Shown in pieces: positions 46,079-54,669 of a DNA stretch of 64,000 bases. The translations under genes and the position numbers were made by a program. Each line of letters opens with the position of its first letter. Position 1 is the first letter of the stretch. The notes beneath the pieces are model-generated. The model did not search any database. It saw nothing but the letters and a program-made list of their open reading frames with translations, and was not told the DNA's origin. Origin of the DNA: Gemmatimonadota bacterium (GTDB lineage: Bacteria; Gemmatimonadota; Gemmatimonadetes; Gemmatimonadales; GWC2-71-9); NCBI GenBank assembly GCA_003223395.1, contig QHUZ01000052.1, forward strand, positions 24,953 to 88,952, read 5' to 3'.

Positions 46079-48496
46079 ATGCGAGACACCCCGAGTTACG
46101 ATCCCGCGGCGATCGAAGCGCGCTGGCAAGCGCGCTGGGTGGAGCGCCATACCAACGAGCCCGATCTCGATCGGGCCGCGCGGCCGTTCTACAACCTCAT
46201 GATGTTCCCCTATCCGTCGGCGGAGGGGTTACACGTCGGCAACATGTTTGCGTTCACGGGCGCGGACATCTACGGCCGGTTCAAGCGGCTCCAGGGCTAC
46301 GCCGTGTTCGAGCCGATGGGGTTCGATGCGTTCGGGATCCATTCCGAGAACTACGCGCTCACCATCGGGACGAATCCGGCCAAGCTGATCCCGCAGAACA
46401 TCGCCACCTTCCGCCGCCAGCTCCGCCGGTTCGGCGGGATGTTCGACTGGCGACACGAGCTGTCAACCACCGATCCCGCCTACTACAAGTGGACGCAGTG
46501 GCTTTTTCTCCAGCTCTTCAAGGCCGGGCTCGCGTACAAGAAGCGGGCGGCGGTGAACTGGTGTCCCAAAGACAAGACAGTGCTTGCGAACGAGCAGGTC
46601 ATCGACGGCCGCTGCGAGCGGTGCGACACGCCGGTCGAGCAACGCTTCCTCGACCAGTGGTTCTTTCGCATCACGAACTACGCCGAGCGCCTCCTCGAAA
46701 ACCTCCCGAACCTGGACTGGTCTTCCTCCACCGTCCTCCTTCAGAAGAACTGGATCGGCCGGAGCGAAGGGGCGGACCTCGTCTTCGAGACGCCCAGCGG
46801 CAAGAAGCTCACCGTGTTCACGACCCGTCCCGACACGGTGTTCGGCGCGACCTATTTGGTCCTCGCGCCGGAGCACCCGCTCGTTGACGAGCTCACCGCG
46901 GTCGAGCACCGCACGAGAGTCAAGGCATATCAGCGGGAGGTGCAGTCCAAGGACGTCGTGTCGCGGCGGGTCGGTGAAAAGACGAAGACCGGTGTCTTCA
47001 TCGGCTCCTACGCCCGCAATCCGGCGACGGGTGAAGCGATCCCGATCTGGATTGCCGACTACGTCCTGATGGAGTACGGCACCGGCGCCATCATGGCGGT
47101 CCCGGCGCACGACAAGCGGGACTTCGAGTTCGCCACGCAATTCAAGCTCCCGATCCGACAGGTCGTCGCGGTCCCGGGAGAGACGTTGCCGATTGTCTCG
47201 GAGAACGGCGCGCTCATGAACTCGGGGCCGTTCGACGGCGTGTCGTGCGGCGAGGGGGCGCGCAAGATCGTCGCCTGGCTCGCCGAGCGCGGGCTCGCGA
47301 CGCCGCGCGTCCAATACCGGCTGCACGACTGGTGTATCTCGCGGCAACGCTACTGGGGTCCTCCAATCCCCATCATGTACTGTGAGAAATGTGGCGTCGT
47401 CCCGGTGCCGGAGAAGGACCTGCCGGTCCAGCTCCCCCTCATCGACGATTTCCGCCCCGACGATACCGGAGTGAGCCCGCTCGCACGGCACGAAGAGTGG
47501 TACTTCGTCAAATGTCCCCAATGCGGCGGCAAGGCGCGGCGCGAGACCGACGTCTCCGACACGTTCCTCGATTCGGCGTGGTACCACCTTCGCTACCCGT
47601 CCACGGAATTCCACGACCGGCCCTTCGATCCGGCGAGGACCAAGAAGTGGCTCCCGGTCAGCAGCTACATCGGCGGGAATGAGCACGCCGTCTTACATCT
47701 GTTGTATTCGCGCTTTGTCTGCATGGTGTTGGCCGACCTTGGCCATCTCCATTTCGACACGCCATACCCGAAATTCCGCGCCCACGGCCTGATCGTGAAG
47801 GACGGCGCCAAGATGTCGAAGTCGCGCGGCAACGTCGTCGTTCCGGACACCTACATCCAGCAGTGGGGTGCCGACACCTTCCGCATGTACTTGATGTTCC
47901 TCGGCCCCTTCCAGGAGGGCGGCGACTTCCGAGACTCAGGAATCGTGGGCCAGCGCCGGTTTTTGGAGAAGGTCTGGGCATTGGTGCATGAAGCGGCGGC
48001 GGCAACGGGTCGAGGCGGCGAAGGGGCGGCGGCAGAATCTGTCGCGCAAAAGCTGCATCGCACCATCCGGAAAGTCGGGGCCGACACGGAAGCCCTGCAG
48101 TACAACACCGCGATTGCGGCGATGATGGAGTACGTGAATGAACTGCGGGAGCGGGGAGCGGGGAGTAGGGAGCTGATGGAGCCCCTCGTGATCATGCTCG
48201 CGCCCTACGCGCCGCACATTGCCGAAGAGATGTGGGAGCTGCTCGGACACGACACGTCTGTGTTCGACGCCACATGGCCCACGCACGACGAGCGCTTGGC
48301 CTCAGCGGGCGACGTCGAGATCGCGGTGCAGGTGAATGGCAAGCTTCGGTCGCGTCTCACGGTGCCGCGCGGCATGGCCGAGAAAGACGTGCTCGACCGC
48401 GTGCTCGCGGATGAAGCGGTGAAGAAGTTTGTGGACGGCCAGAAAGTGAAGAAGGTGATCTACGTGCAGGACCGCCTCGTCAACCTGGTCGTTTAG
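46079..48496 (+). CDS. leuS: leucine--tRNA ligase
   Basis: MFPYPS..GLHVGN, TTRPDT editing domain, KMSKS, VQVNGKLR. Confidence 0.97.
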   Translation: MRDTPSYDPAAIEARWQARWVERHTNEPDLDRAARPFYNLMMFPYPSAEGLHVGNMFAFTGADIYGRFKRLQGYAVFEPMGFDAFGIHSENYALTIGTNPAKLIPQNIATFRRQLRRFGGMFDWRHELSTTDPAYYKWTQWLFLQLFKAGLAYKKRAAVNWCPKDKTVLANEQVIDGRCERCDTPVEQRFLDQWFFRITNYAERLLENLPNLDWSSSTVLLQKNWIGRSEGADLVFETPSGKKLTVFTTRPDTVFGATYLVLAPEHPLVDELTAVEHRTRVKAYQREVQSKDVVSRRVGEKTKTGVFIGSYARNPATGEAIPIWIADYVLMEYGTGAIMAVPAHDKRDFEFATQFKLPIRQVVAVPGETLPIVSENGALMNSGPFDGVSCGEGARKIVAWLAERGLATPRVQYRLHDWCISRQRYWGPPIPIMYCEKCGVVPVPEKDLPVQLPLIDDFRPDDTGVSPLARHEEWYFVKCPQCGGKARRETDVSDTFLDSAWYHLRYPSTEFHDRPFDPARTKKWLPVSSYIGGNEHAVLHLLYSRFVCMVLADLGHLHFDTPYPKFRAHGLIVKDGAKMSKSRGNVVVPDTYIQQWGADTFRMYLMFLGPFQEGGDFRDSGIVGQRRFLEKVWALVHEAAAATGRGGEGAAAESVAQKLHRTIRKVGADTEALQYNTAIAAMMEYVNELRERGAGSRELMEPLVIMLAPYAPHIAEEMWELLGHDTSVFDATWPTHDERLASAGDVEIAVQVNGKLRSRLTVPRGMAEKDVLDRVLADEAVKKFVDGQKVKKVIYVQDRLVNLVV
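48147..48174 (+). repeat. 4 x 7-bp tandem array inside leuS
   Basis: gggagcg gggagcg gggagta gggagct, encoding RERGAGSREL. Confidence 0.7.
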
Positions 48497-49599
48497 AGAG
48501 TTTTGGCAACCAGATCACCGACAAGGTAGCCGACGGCCGCAACTCCCATTCCAATCACAAACATGTCGATGCCGCTGCGGATCACGCCGCGGCCGGTGAA
48601 GAAGCTGCGGGCGGCCCCCACGGCGAAGTGCGACACCATCGCGATCGAGAACGCCAGCCAGATGGCGACGCGTCCCTGCAGCACGAGGAACGGAAAAACA
48701 GGAATGAAGGCGCCGACCGCGGTGGCCACCCCGGTGATCCACCCCTCGCGGAACGGCGTCGAGTGCGCCTCGCCGATCTTCAGCTCATCCCGCACCTGCT
48801 CGCCCAGCGCGCGCACTGGATCGCGCATCACTTCCTCGGCGATGCGCCGTGCCGTACGCGCGTCCACGCCTTTCGCTTCATACTGCAGCGCCATCTCTTC
48901 CATCTCGACTTCCGGCATCAGGCGAATCTCTTCCTTCTCCATCGCGATCTCGTGCTCCCACACCTCTTGCTCGCTCTTCGCGGCCAGATAGCCGGACGAT
49001 CCCATCGACAGCGCGTCCGCGATCATGCCGGCCACGCCCGAGATCAGGATGACGTGCGGCTGCACCGCCGCGCCGATCACGCCAGCCACCAGTCCGAAGT
49101 TTGCCGTGAGCCCGTCGTTGAAGCCGTACACGACGTTGCGCAGGAAGCCGCCCGAGCCCGTCTTGTGCCACGGCTCGGCGCCCTTGCCGGAGAGATCCGC
49201 GAGCGTCCCGGCGTGCGCGGCCGATTCCTTGGCGAGCTGCAACGAGACTTCCTGCGCGTCCGGAAGGCTCGATTCCTTGTGGAGGGTGAGGTACCCCTTT
49301 ACTTCTTCGCCCTCCTCGCGGAGCAGCAGCGGCAGCAAGTACCGCGTCCCGAAGCGCCGTCCGAACCACGCGCGGAGTTTCGCGTTCAGCGACGGCCGGG
49401 CGTGATCGACCTGATGGCCATGCTCGGCGAGCAACTTGGTCCACATCTGCACGTGGCGCTCTTCTACGCCCGCGAGCTTGATGTAGACCTCTTTGCGGTG
49501 CGGATCGGATTCCTGTCCGGCGAGCGCGAGGTAGAGGTAGGCGGCGTCGGCTTCATCCTGCCAGTGATGCAGCCACTCTTTCACGTCTGCTTGCGGCAT
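48493..49599 (-). CDS. VIT1/CCC1 transporter with N-terminal ferritin/rubrerythrin-like domain
   Basis: E..H (EERH, ESAAH); LRNVVYGFNDGL, ALSMG. Confidence 0.88.
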   Translation of the reverse strand: MPQADVKEWLHHWQDEADAAYLYLALAGQESDPHRKEVYIKLAGVEERHVQMWTKLLAEHGHQVDHARPSLNAKLRAWFGRRFGTRYLLPLLLREEGEEVKGYLTLHKESSLPDAQEVSLQLAKESAAHAGTLADLSGKGAEPWHKTGSGGFLRNVVYGFNDGLTANFGLVAGVIGAAVQPHVILISGVAGMIADALSMGSSGYLAAKSEQEVWEHEIAMEKEEIRLMPEVEMEEMALQYEAKGVDARTARRIAEEVMRDPVRALGEQVRDELKIGEAHSTPFREGWITGVATAVGAFIPVFPFLVLQGRVAIWLAFSIAMVSHFAVGAARSFFTGRGVIRSGIDMFVIGMGVAAVGYLVGDLVAKTL

Positions 49600-49648
49600 G
49601 CCCCAAGATATCCCACCGCACCTCAAGTGACTACCGGGTAATTACTTA

Positions 49649-49729
49649 GTGCGCCGTGAGCCGTGCGGTGTGCGCCTGACTGCACGTCGAAACCGTCTTC
49701 CGGCGCACGGCGTACTGCGCACGGCGCAC
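49649..49729. repeat. inverted 4+4 array of 7-bp GTRCGCC units, intergenic
   Basis: gtgcgcc gtgagcc gtgcggt gtgcgcc; 25-bp spacer; ggcgcac ggcgtac tgcgcac ggcgcac. Confidence 0.85.
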
Positions 49730-49735
49730 GCCGTT

Positions 49736-49763
49736 GCGACGCTCTATCTCCAGACCGCATCTA
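49736..49763 (+). promoter_or_regulatory. possible ECF autoregulatory promoter
   Basis: GCGAC-N16-GCATCTA upstream of the sigma ATG. Confidence 0.3.
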
Positions 49764-49775
49764 ACTTTTCGGACA

Positions 49776-50306
49776 ATGACCGTGTCTCTCGCCGTCCCGG
49801 ATGTCCTCGTCGCCCGTGCGCAAGCCGGAGATGAAGCAGCGCTCGAAGCCCTGTTCCGGGCCTTCGAGACGCCTGTCTACAATCTCGTCCGGCGCATGCT
49901 GCGGCGGCCCGAGGATGCCGAGGACGTGCTGCAGGAGACGTTCCTCGAGGTGGTGCGCAACATCAAGCAGTACCGCGGTGAAGGCCATCTCTGGGGTTGG
50001 ATTCGCCGCATCGCTTCGACCAAGGCATTGATGCGCATTCGTCGCGATCAAGTGCGGCAGACGGAGTCGCTGGACGAAGAACCGGGGAAGCCCGGGATGC
50101 ATATCGGCGCAAACCTCGACCTGGAGCGCGCATTCGAGCGGCTGTCCGAGACGTCCCGCGCGGTGGTGTGGTTGCACGACGTGGAAGGGTACACGCACGA
50201 GGAAATTGCGGAGCAGATGGGCAAATCGGTGAGCTTTTCCAAATCGCAGCTGGCGCGCGCCCATGCGCGTCTGCGGCGAATGCTGGATGAAGGAGCGCAC
50301 GCATGA
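49776..50306 (+). CDS. ECF RNA polymerase sigma-70 factor
   Basis: DAEDVLQETF; HDVEGYTHEEIA...SKSQLARA. Confidence 0.92.
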   Translation: MTVSLAVPDVLVARAQAGDEAALEALFRAFETPVYNLVRRMLRRPEDAEDVLQETFLEVVRNIKQYRGEGHLWGWIRRIASTKALMRIRRDQVRQTESLDEEPGKPGMHIGANLDLERAFERLSETSRAVVWLHDVEGYTHEEIAEQMGKSVSFSKSQLARAHARLRRMLDEGAHA

Positions 50307-50881
50307 TGCACTGTACGATGGAAGATCTGGGAGCCCTGCAGGCGGGTGAGGCGTCGGTGTGGGCACGCCGGCACATCACCACCTGCGCCGCATGTCAGGC
50401 GGAGCTGGAAGGGCTCTACCAGCGAATCGCGCAGCTCAAGGCGCTGCCGGCGCTGCGCCCGCCGCGCGATCGTTGGCCAGCCGTGAAGTCGGCGCTGCGC
50501 GCGCAGCGCTCTCGCCGCCGTCGCACATGGGGCGCATGGACCGGCAGTCTCGCGCTCGCCGCCACGATCGCTGCCGTCTTGCTGATGCAGCCGGGGACGC
50601 AAAGCACGGCTCACGCCGAGCTGACTCACGTGAAGCAGCAGTCGGCAACGCTGGAAGATTCTCTGCAGCGCTACGACACGGACGGCCGCGTTCTGAGCGG
50701 CCATGCCGCCGCGGTCGTGGCCGACCTCGAAGACCGTATTTCCATTCTCGATGGCACCCTCGTGCAGCGCGAACAGAGCGCCCAGGACGCCGAACTTTTG
50801 CAACTGTGGCAGGAGCGCGTTGGCCTGATGCGGGAGCTGATGAACGCCCGCGCGACGCGCGCTCGCTACGTCGGGCTCTGA
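50303..50881 (+). CDS. ZAS-type anti-sigma factor
   Basis: HITTCAAC, a TM helix, ATGA overlap with the sigma gene. Confidence 0.78.
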   Translation: MMHCTMEDLGALQAGEASVWARRHITTCAACQAELEGLYQRIAQLKALPALRPPRDRWPAVKSALRAQRSRRRRTWGAWTGSLALAATIAAVLLMQPGTQSTAHAELTHVKQQSATLEDSLQRYDTDGRVLSGHAAAVVADLEDRISILDGTLVQREQSAQDAELLQLWQERVGLMRELMNARATRARYVGL

Positions 50882-50900
50882 GAGCCTGGAGGAGAGCTAG

Positions 50901-51827
50901 ATGATTCGCAATTTGACTGTGGCAGTCCTCGCCGTCAGCCTGACCCTGCCGGCCGTTTCGGCCGCGCAGGGATCGCCGCGCCGGCCGAGCACGCGCCCGC
51001 GCGTGCGGGTCGAGACCCAGGGCGGACCGTTCGGTGTGTACGCGTTCGGCGACAAGCGCGGCCGCATCGGCGTGATCGTGGATACGAAGGCCAACGACGC
51101 GAGCGACAAAGTCGGCGCGCGCATCGAAGGGATCACCCCCGGCGGACCCGCCGAGAAGGCGGGCCTCAAGGCCGGCGACGTCATCACCCGCTTCAAAGGC
51201 ACGGCGCTCGGTGGGGCGACGTCGGAGGACGACGAGCGGTCAGGACCGGGCCTGAAGCTGATCGATCTCGCGCATGAGCTGGAGCCCGGCGACACGGTGC
51301 AGGTCGAGTACCGCCGCGGCAACGATGCGCGGAAGGCGACGCTCGTGGCTGAAGACCTCGGCGGTGGTGGCTGGACCGGATCGATGGAAATGCCCGACAT
51401 GCGCAACTTTAACGAACTGATGCCCAAGATGGAGATGGGACCGGGCGAGTTCATCTTCGGGGGCGTGTGGGGCGGGATCGAGCTCGTCAAGCTCAACCCC
51501 GATCTCGGCGAGTACTTCGGCACACGCGAGGGCGTGCTGGTGGTCCGGGCGCCGGAAGATTCCTCTTTGGCGCTGAAGGGCGGCGACGTCATCATCTCGA
51601 TCGGTGACCGCAAGCCGGCATCACCCGAGCAGGCGATGCGGATCCTGCGCTCCTACGACACCGGCGAGACCGTCACCCTCGACGTCCTGCGCAAGCAGCG
51701 ACACGTGACCGTGACCTGGAAGGTGCCGGACCGTGAGAGGACGATCTTCCGCCGGACGCCGGGGATGCACGAGGAGCCGAGCCGCTTCAGAGTTCGCGAT
51801 GTGATTCGGACGAGCCGGGCGATCTAA
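50901..51827 (+). CDS. secreted tandem-PDZ protein
   Basis: Signal peptide; GGPAEKAGLKAGDVI and LKGGDVIISIG. Confidence 0.85.
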   Translation: MIRNLTVAVLAVSLTLPAVSAAQGSPRRPSTRPRVRVETQGGPFGVYAFGDKRGRIGVIVDTKANDASDKVGARIEGITPGGPAEKAGLKAGDVITRFKGTALGGATSEDDERSGPGLKLIDLAHELEPGDTVQVEYRRGNDARKATLVAEDLGGGGWTGSMEMPDMRNFNELMPKMEMGPGEFIFGGVWGGIELVKLNPDLGEYFGTREGVLVVRAPEDSSLALKGGDVIISIGDRKPASPEQAMRILRSYDTGETVTLDVLRKQRHVTVTWKVPDRERTIFRRTPGMHEEPSRFRVRDVIRTSRAI

Positions 51828-51830
51828 GGC

Positions 51831-51891
51831 GGCGGAGAAGGGCGGCGAGGGGCGGCGCAAGGCGGCAAAACACCCGCCGCCCTTCGCCGCC
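51831..51891. repeat. 10-bp GGCGGCRRRN array (4 forward plus 2 inverted) between convergent genes, possible terminator
   Basis: ggcggagaag ggcggcgagg ggcggcgcaa ggcggcaaaa c acccgccgcc cttcgccgcc. Confidence 0.8.
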
Positions 51892-51895
51892 GTAA

Positions 51896-54580
51896 TTACC
51901 GGTTCGGCCCTATCAGTATTGCATTCGTCAGCATCTTCGCCGGCCCTCTCCAGAAAGCTCGGAACAGCGGATCACTGAGAAACAGCACGACTCGCCCATT
52001 CCCCTGGTTCTCGACCACCGCCCAGGTGCTGCCTTTGAGGAGGCGGGCGGTGTTGTCCGGCCAGGTGAACCCCGAGAGCACCAACGAGTCCACCGGATCG
52101 GTGAAGGTGACGACGTTCGCGCCTCCCTTCGAGGGCCGCCAGAAAGTGTCGCCGTCGATGAATAGCGGTATCCGGTTGCGGTCGTATCCCACGGTCAGCC
52201 AGTGTGTGGTATCCAGCGTCGCGCGGAAGATCGCGCCCGGGATCCACTCGGGCCGATTGCGCGGCGCTGCGGTGCTCGAGACCAGGGCGGGCTCGTTTCC
52301 GGCCGCCGCAGTGTCAGCCTTCGCGCCGCTGTCCGGTGCGACGCTCGCGATGCTCGAGAGCCCGACGTCCTTGTTCGCCGCAAGGTCACCCGCGCCACCG
52401 TACCCGATGAGTACGCCTCCTGAGCGCACCCACGTCTTCACCTTCTCGACGCCGTCATCGCCCAGTTCGCGCTTCATCCGGCCGCCACTGCCATCGGGAA
52501 TGATGAGCACGTTGAAGGATTGGAGATCTTCGACGCGACCGATCGAGCGCAGTGGGACAGGGGTGAACGCCACGTTGAGCTCACGGGCGAGGTAGTACCA
52601 CAACCAGCCGTAGCTCGTTTCAGAAATCCCATCGCCCGCCGCCACGAGGATCTTGGGGGCGTGCAGCCCAGCGACATCCTCGGAGCCGATGCCGGCGTCG
52701 CCGGTGTCGGGAAACGCCGTCTGGAGTGAGAAAACGGGCACGCCCAGGGCGGGCCCCAACGTGACAATGCGGTCGTGCAGACTGGCCGGGTTGCGCTGCA
52801 CGCGTGCGACGAATGTCCCCCGCGGATAGGTCCGGCCGCCGATGAGAATCGGTTGCCTGGTCACCGCCAGCTTGAAGTCTTCGGCCTCGAGTGCGAGTGC
52901 CAGCCGTGCCGCTCCCGGCCTGTCGTTCAGGAAGGCGTAGCCGCTGGCTGCGCGCGGGGGCGCCGGAGGTGGGGGCACGATCGAATCGCTGACCGCGTCC
53001 CCCCCGCCATCCCCCGCATCTTCCGTCCAGTAGGCGTCAAGATTGAACGACAGCGGCAACGACCAGGCGGTGATGTCGTAGAACCCGTAGTCCTCCTTGT
53101 CCGCGTCCTCGCCACGCCGCCGGTTGCGCTGAAATTTCCCGAGTTCTCGCTGCACGAACGATCGCTCCATGCTCGCCTGCGGTTCCAGCATGCCCTTCGC
53201 CAGACGCCGCTGCGGCTGGTTCAGGTCGATCACGTAACTACCGGCGGGGAACGTCCACGCGATCGCGGTCGTGCCCGGGCTGATGTAGGAATGCGCGACA
53301 CGCGAGGCGAGAGGCTGACGCAGGCGTGTCACCTCGATCCCGTTCCGGAGCAGCAACCCGATCACATGCGCTGTCGACTGGGGGTCGTTGCCCGCTACGA
53401 TCACGACGCGCTTCATCCGATCGGTCGCCGCTTCGGCCATCGCCGAGCGACGGAAGTCGTAATAGTCCTGCAACCGGGCCTGACGGTTCTTGGCCGTGGT
53501 CTCCAGCGTGGCCAGCGACGCGACAAAGTGGTGCGCGATGCCGTCGCGCAGCGTCGTGATCGTGCCATCATCGCGACGCTTCCTGAATTGCCGGCCGCCA
53601 TCAGTCTCGTACGTCATTCCGGTGGCGCCCTGGAACGTGGTCCATTCGTCCCAGTAGCCGACGTAGAAGAAGTCGAACACGCCGCCGACGTAGTACTGCC
53701 AGCCGTAGCGGTCGAACGCTGCTGCATTGCCGCGACCGTACGTCGCGAACCATTTCGTCGTCTGCGGTGGCAGGTTCATGTTCACCGCCTGCGCCACCGG
53801 CGGGAAGAAAAAGGACGACGTCGTGGAGTGATGGTCCACGAACACCTGCGGGCGCCAGCGCAGGATGCCGTCCATCATTGCCCGGACCTCGGGCTGGCTC
53901 TGCGCGAGCAAGTCGCGGTTCATGTCGAACCGGTAATGACTGTAGCGGCCGGTAACGCTCCAGGGCTCGCCCTGCTCGAAGGCCCAGGGGTGGTCGGCGC
54001 CGACGCCGACGGAGTTGTACCAGGCGGCGAAGCGCTCATGGCCATCGGGATTGGCCGAGGGGTTCAGCACGAGGACCACGGACTTCAGGATCTCGAGGGT
54101 CTGCGGCTCGTCCGATGCCGCGAGCTGGTAGGCGACCTGCATCGCGGCTTCGAAGCCCGCCGGTTCGTCGCCATGGACCGAGTACTGGAAGACCGCAACG
54201 GCAGGGCTTTGCGCCGCGATCGCCGCCGCCCGCGCCGCCGATGTCTTGCGCGGATCGGCCAGCTCCGCCAGTCCGGCGCGGATCTGGTCGAGCTTGGCGA
54301 GGTTTGCGGGATCGGAAATGATCAGCGCCCGGATGGGCCGGTACTCCGTCGTGCGGCCCCAGGTCTCGATCCGCACGCGGTCGCTCGCGGTGGCGACCAA
54401 GGTGTCGAGATAGTGCTGCATCACTGCGTACATGGTGTGCTGGTCGCCGGCGGCGTAGCCGGTGATCGCTTCGGGGCGCGGGACCGCAGGCCGGTAGGGG
54501 CCGCGGGAGTAGAAATCGAACGGCTCCTGGGCGCGGAGCGGGGACACCAGGCCGATCAGAAGGCACAGAACGGGGCGCAT
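51896..54580 (-). CDS. M14 family zinc carboxypeptidase
   Basis: SVHGDE, NPDG, FDMNRD, VDHH. Confidence 0.9.
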   Translation of the reverse strand: MRPVLCLLIGLVSPLRAQEPFDFYSRGPYRPAVPRPEAITGYAAGDQHTMYAVMQHYLDTLVATASDRVRIETWGRTTEYRPIRALIISDPANLAKLDQIRAGLAELADPRKTSAARAAAIAAQSPAVAVFQYSVHGDEPAGFEAAMQVAYQLAASDEPQTLEILKSVVLVLNPSANPDGHERFAAWYNSVGVGADHPWAFEQGEPWSVTGRYSHYRFDMNRDLLAQSQPEVRAMMDGILRWRPQVFVDHHSTTSSFFFPPVAQAVNMNLPPQTTKWFATYGRGNAAAFDRYGWQYYVGGVFDFFYVGYWDEWTTFQGATGMTYETDGGRQFRKRRDDGTITTLRDGIAHHFVASLATLETTAKNRQARLQDYYDFRRSAMAEAATDRMKRVVIVAGNDPQSTAHVIGLLLRNGIEVTRLRQPLASRVAHSYISPGTTAIAWTFPAGSYVIDLNQPQRRLAKGMLEPQASMERSFVQRELGKFQRNRRRGEDADKEDYGFYDITAWSLPLSFNLDAYWTEDAGDGGGDAVSDSIVPPPPAPPRAASGYAFLNDRPGAARLALALEAEDFKLAVTRQPILIGGRTYPRGTFVARVQRNPASLHDRIVTLGPALGVPVFSLQTAFPDTGDAGIGSEDVAGLHAPKILVAAGDGISETSYGWLWYYLARELNVAFTPVPLRSIGRVEDLQSFNVLIIPDGSGGRMKRELGDDGVEKVKTWVRSGGVLIGYGGAGDLAANKDVGLSSIASVAPDSGAKADTAAAGNEPALVSSTAAPRNRPEWIPGAIFRATLDTTHWLTVGYDRNRIPLFIDGDTFWRPSKGGANVVTFTDPVDSLVLSGFTWPDNTARLLKGSTWAVVENQGNGRVVLFLSDPLFRAFWRGPAKMLTNAILIGPNR

Positions 54581-54613
54581 GGTCTTCCGAATTTGAGGTT
54601 GTGCGAGATGTCG

Positions 54614-54641
54614 GTAGGGGCGCAGCATGCTGCGCCCCTAC
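54614..54641. repeat. GTAG-type REP palindrome, copy 3
   Basis: Identical to 24528-24555. Confidence 0.9.
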
Positions 54642-54669
54642 AAAAACCCGTGCAACATTTTCGACGTTT

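Noticed and set aside
23771-49729. Repeat-spacer-repeat elements as a CRISPR array
   Set aside because: Arms are inverted and dispersed, with a single spacer each and no cas genes.
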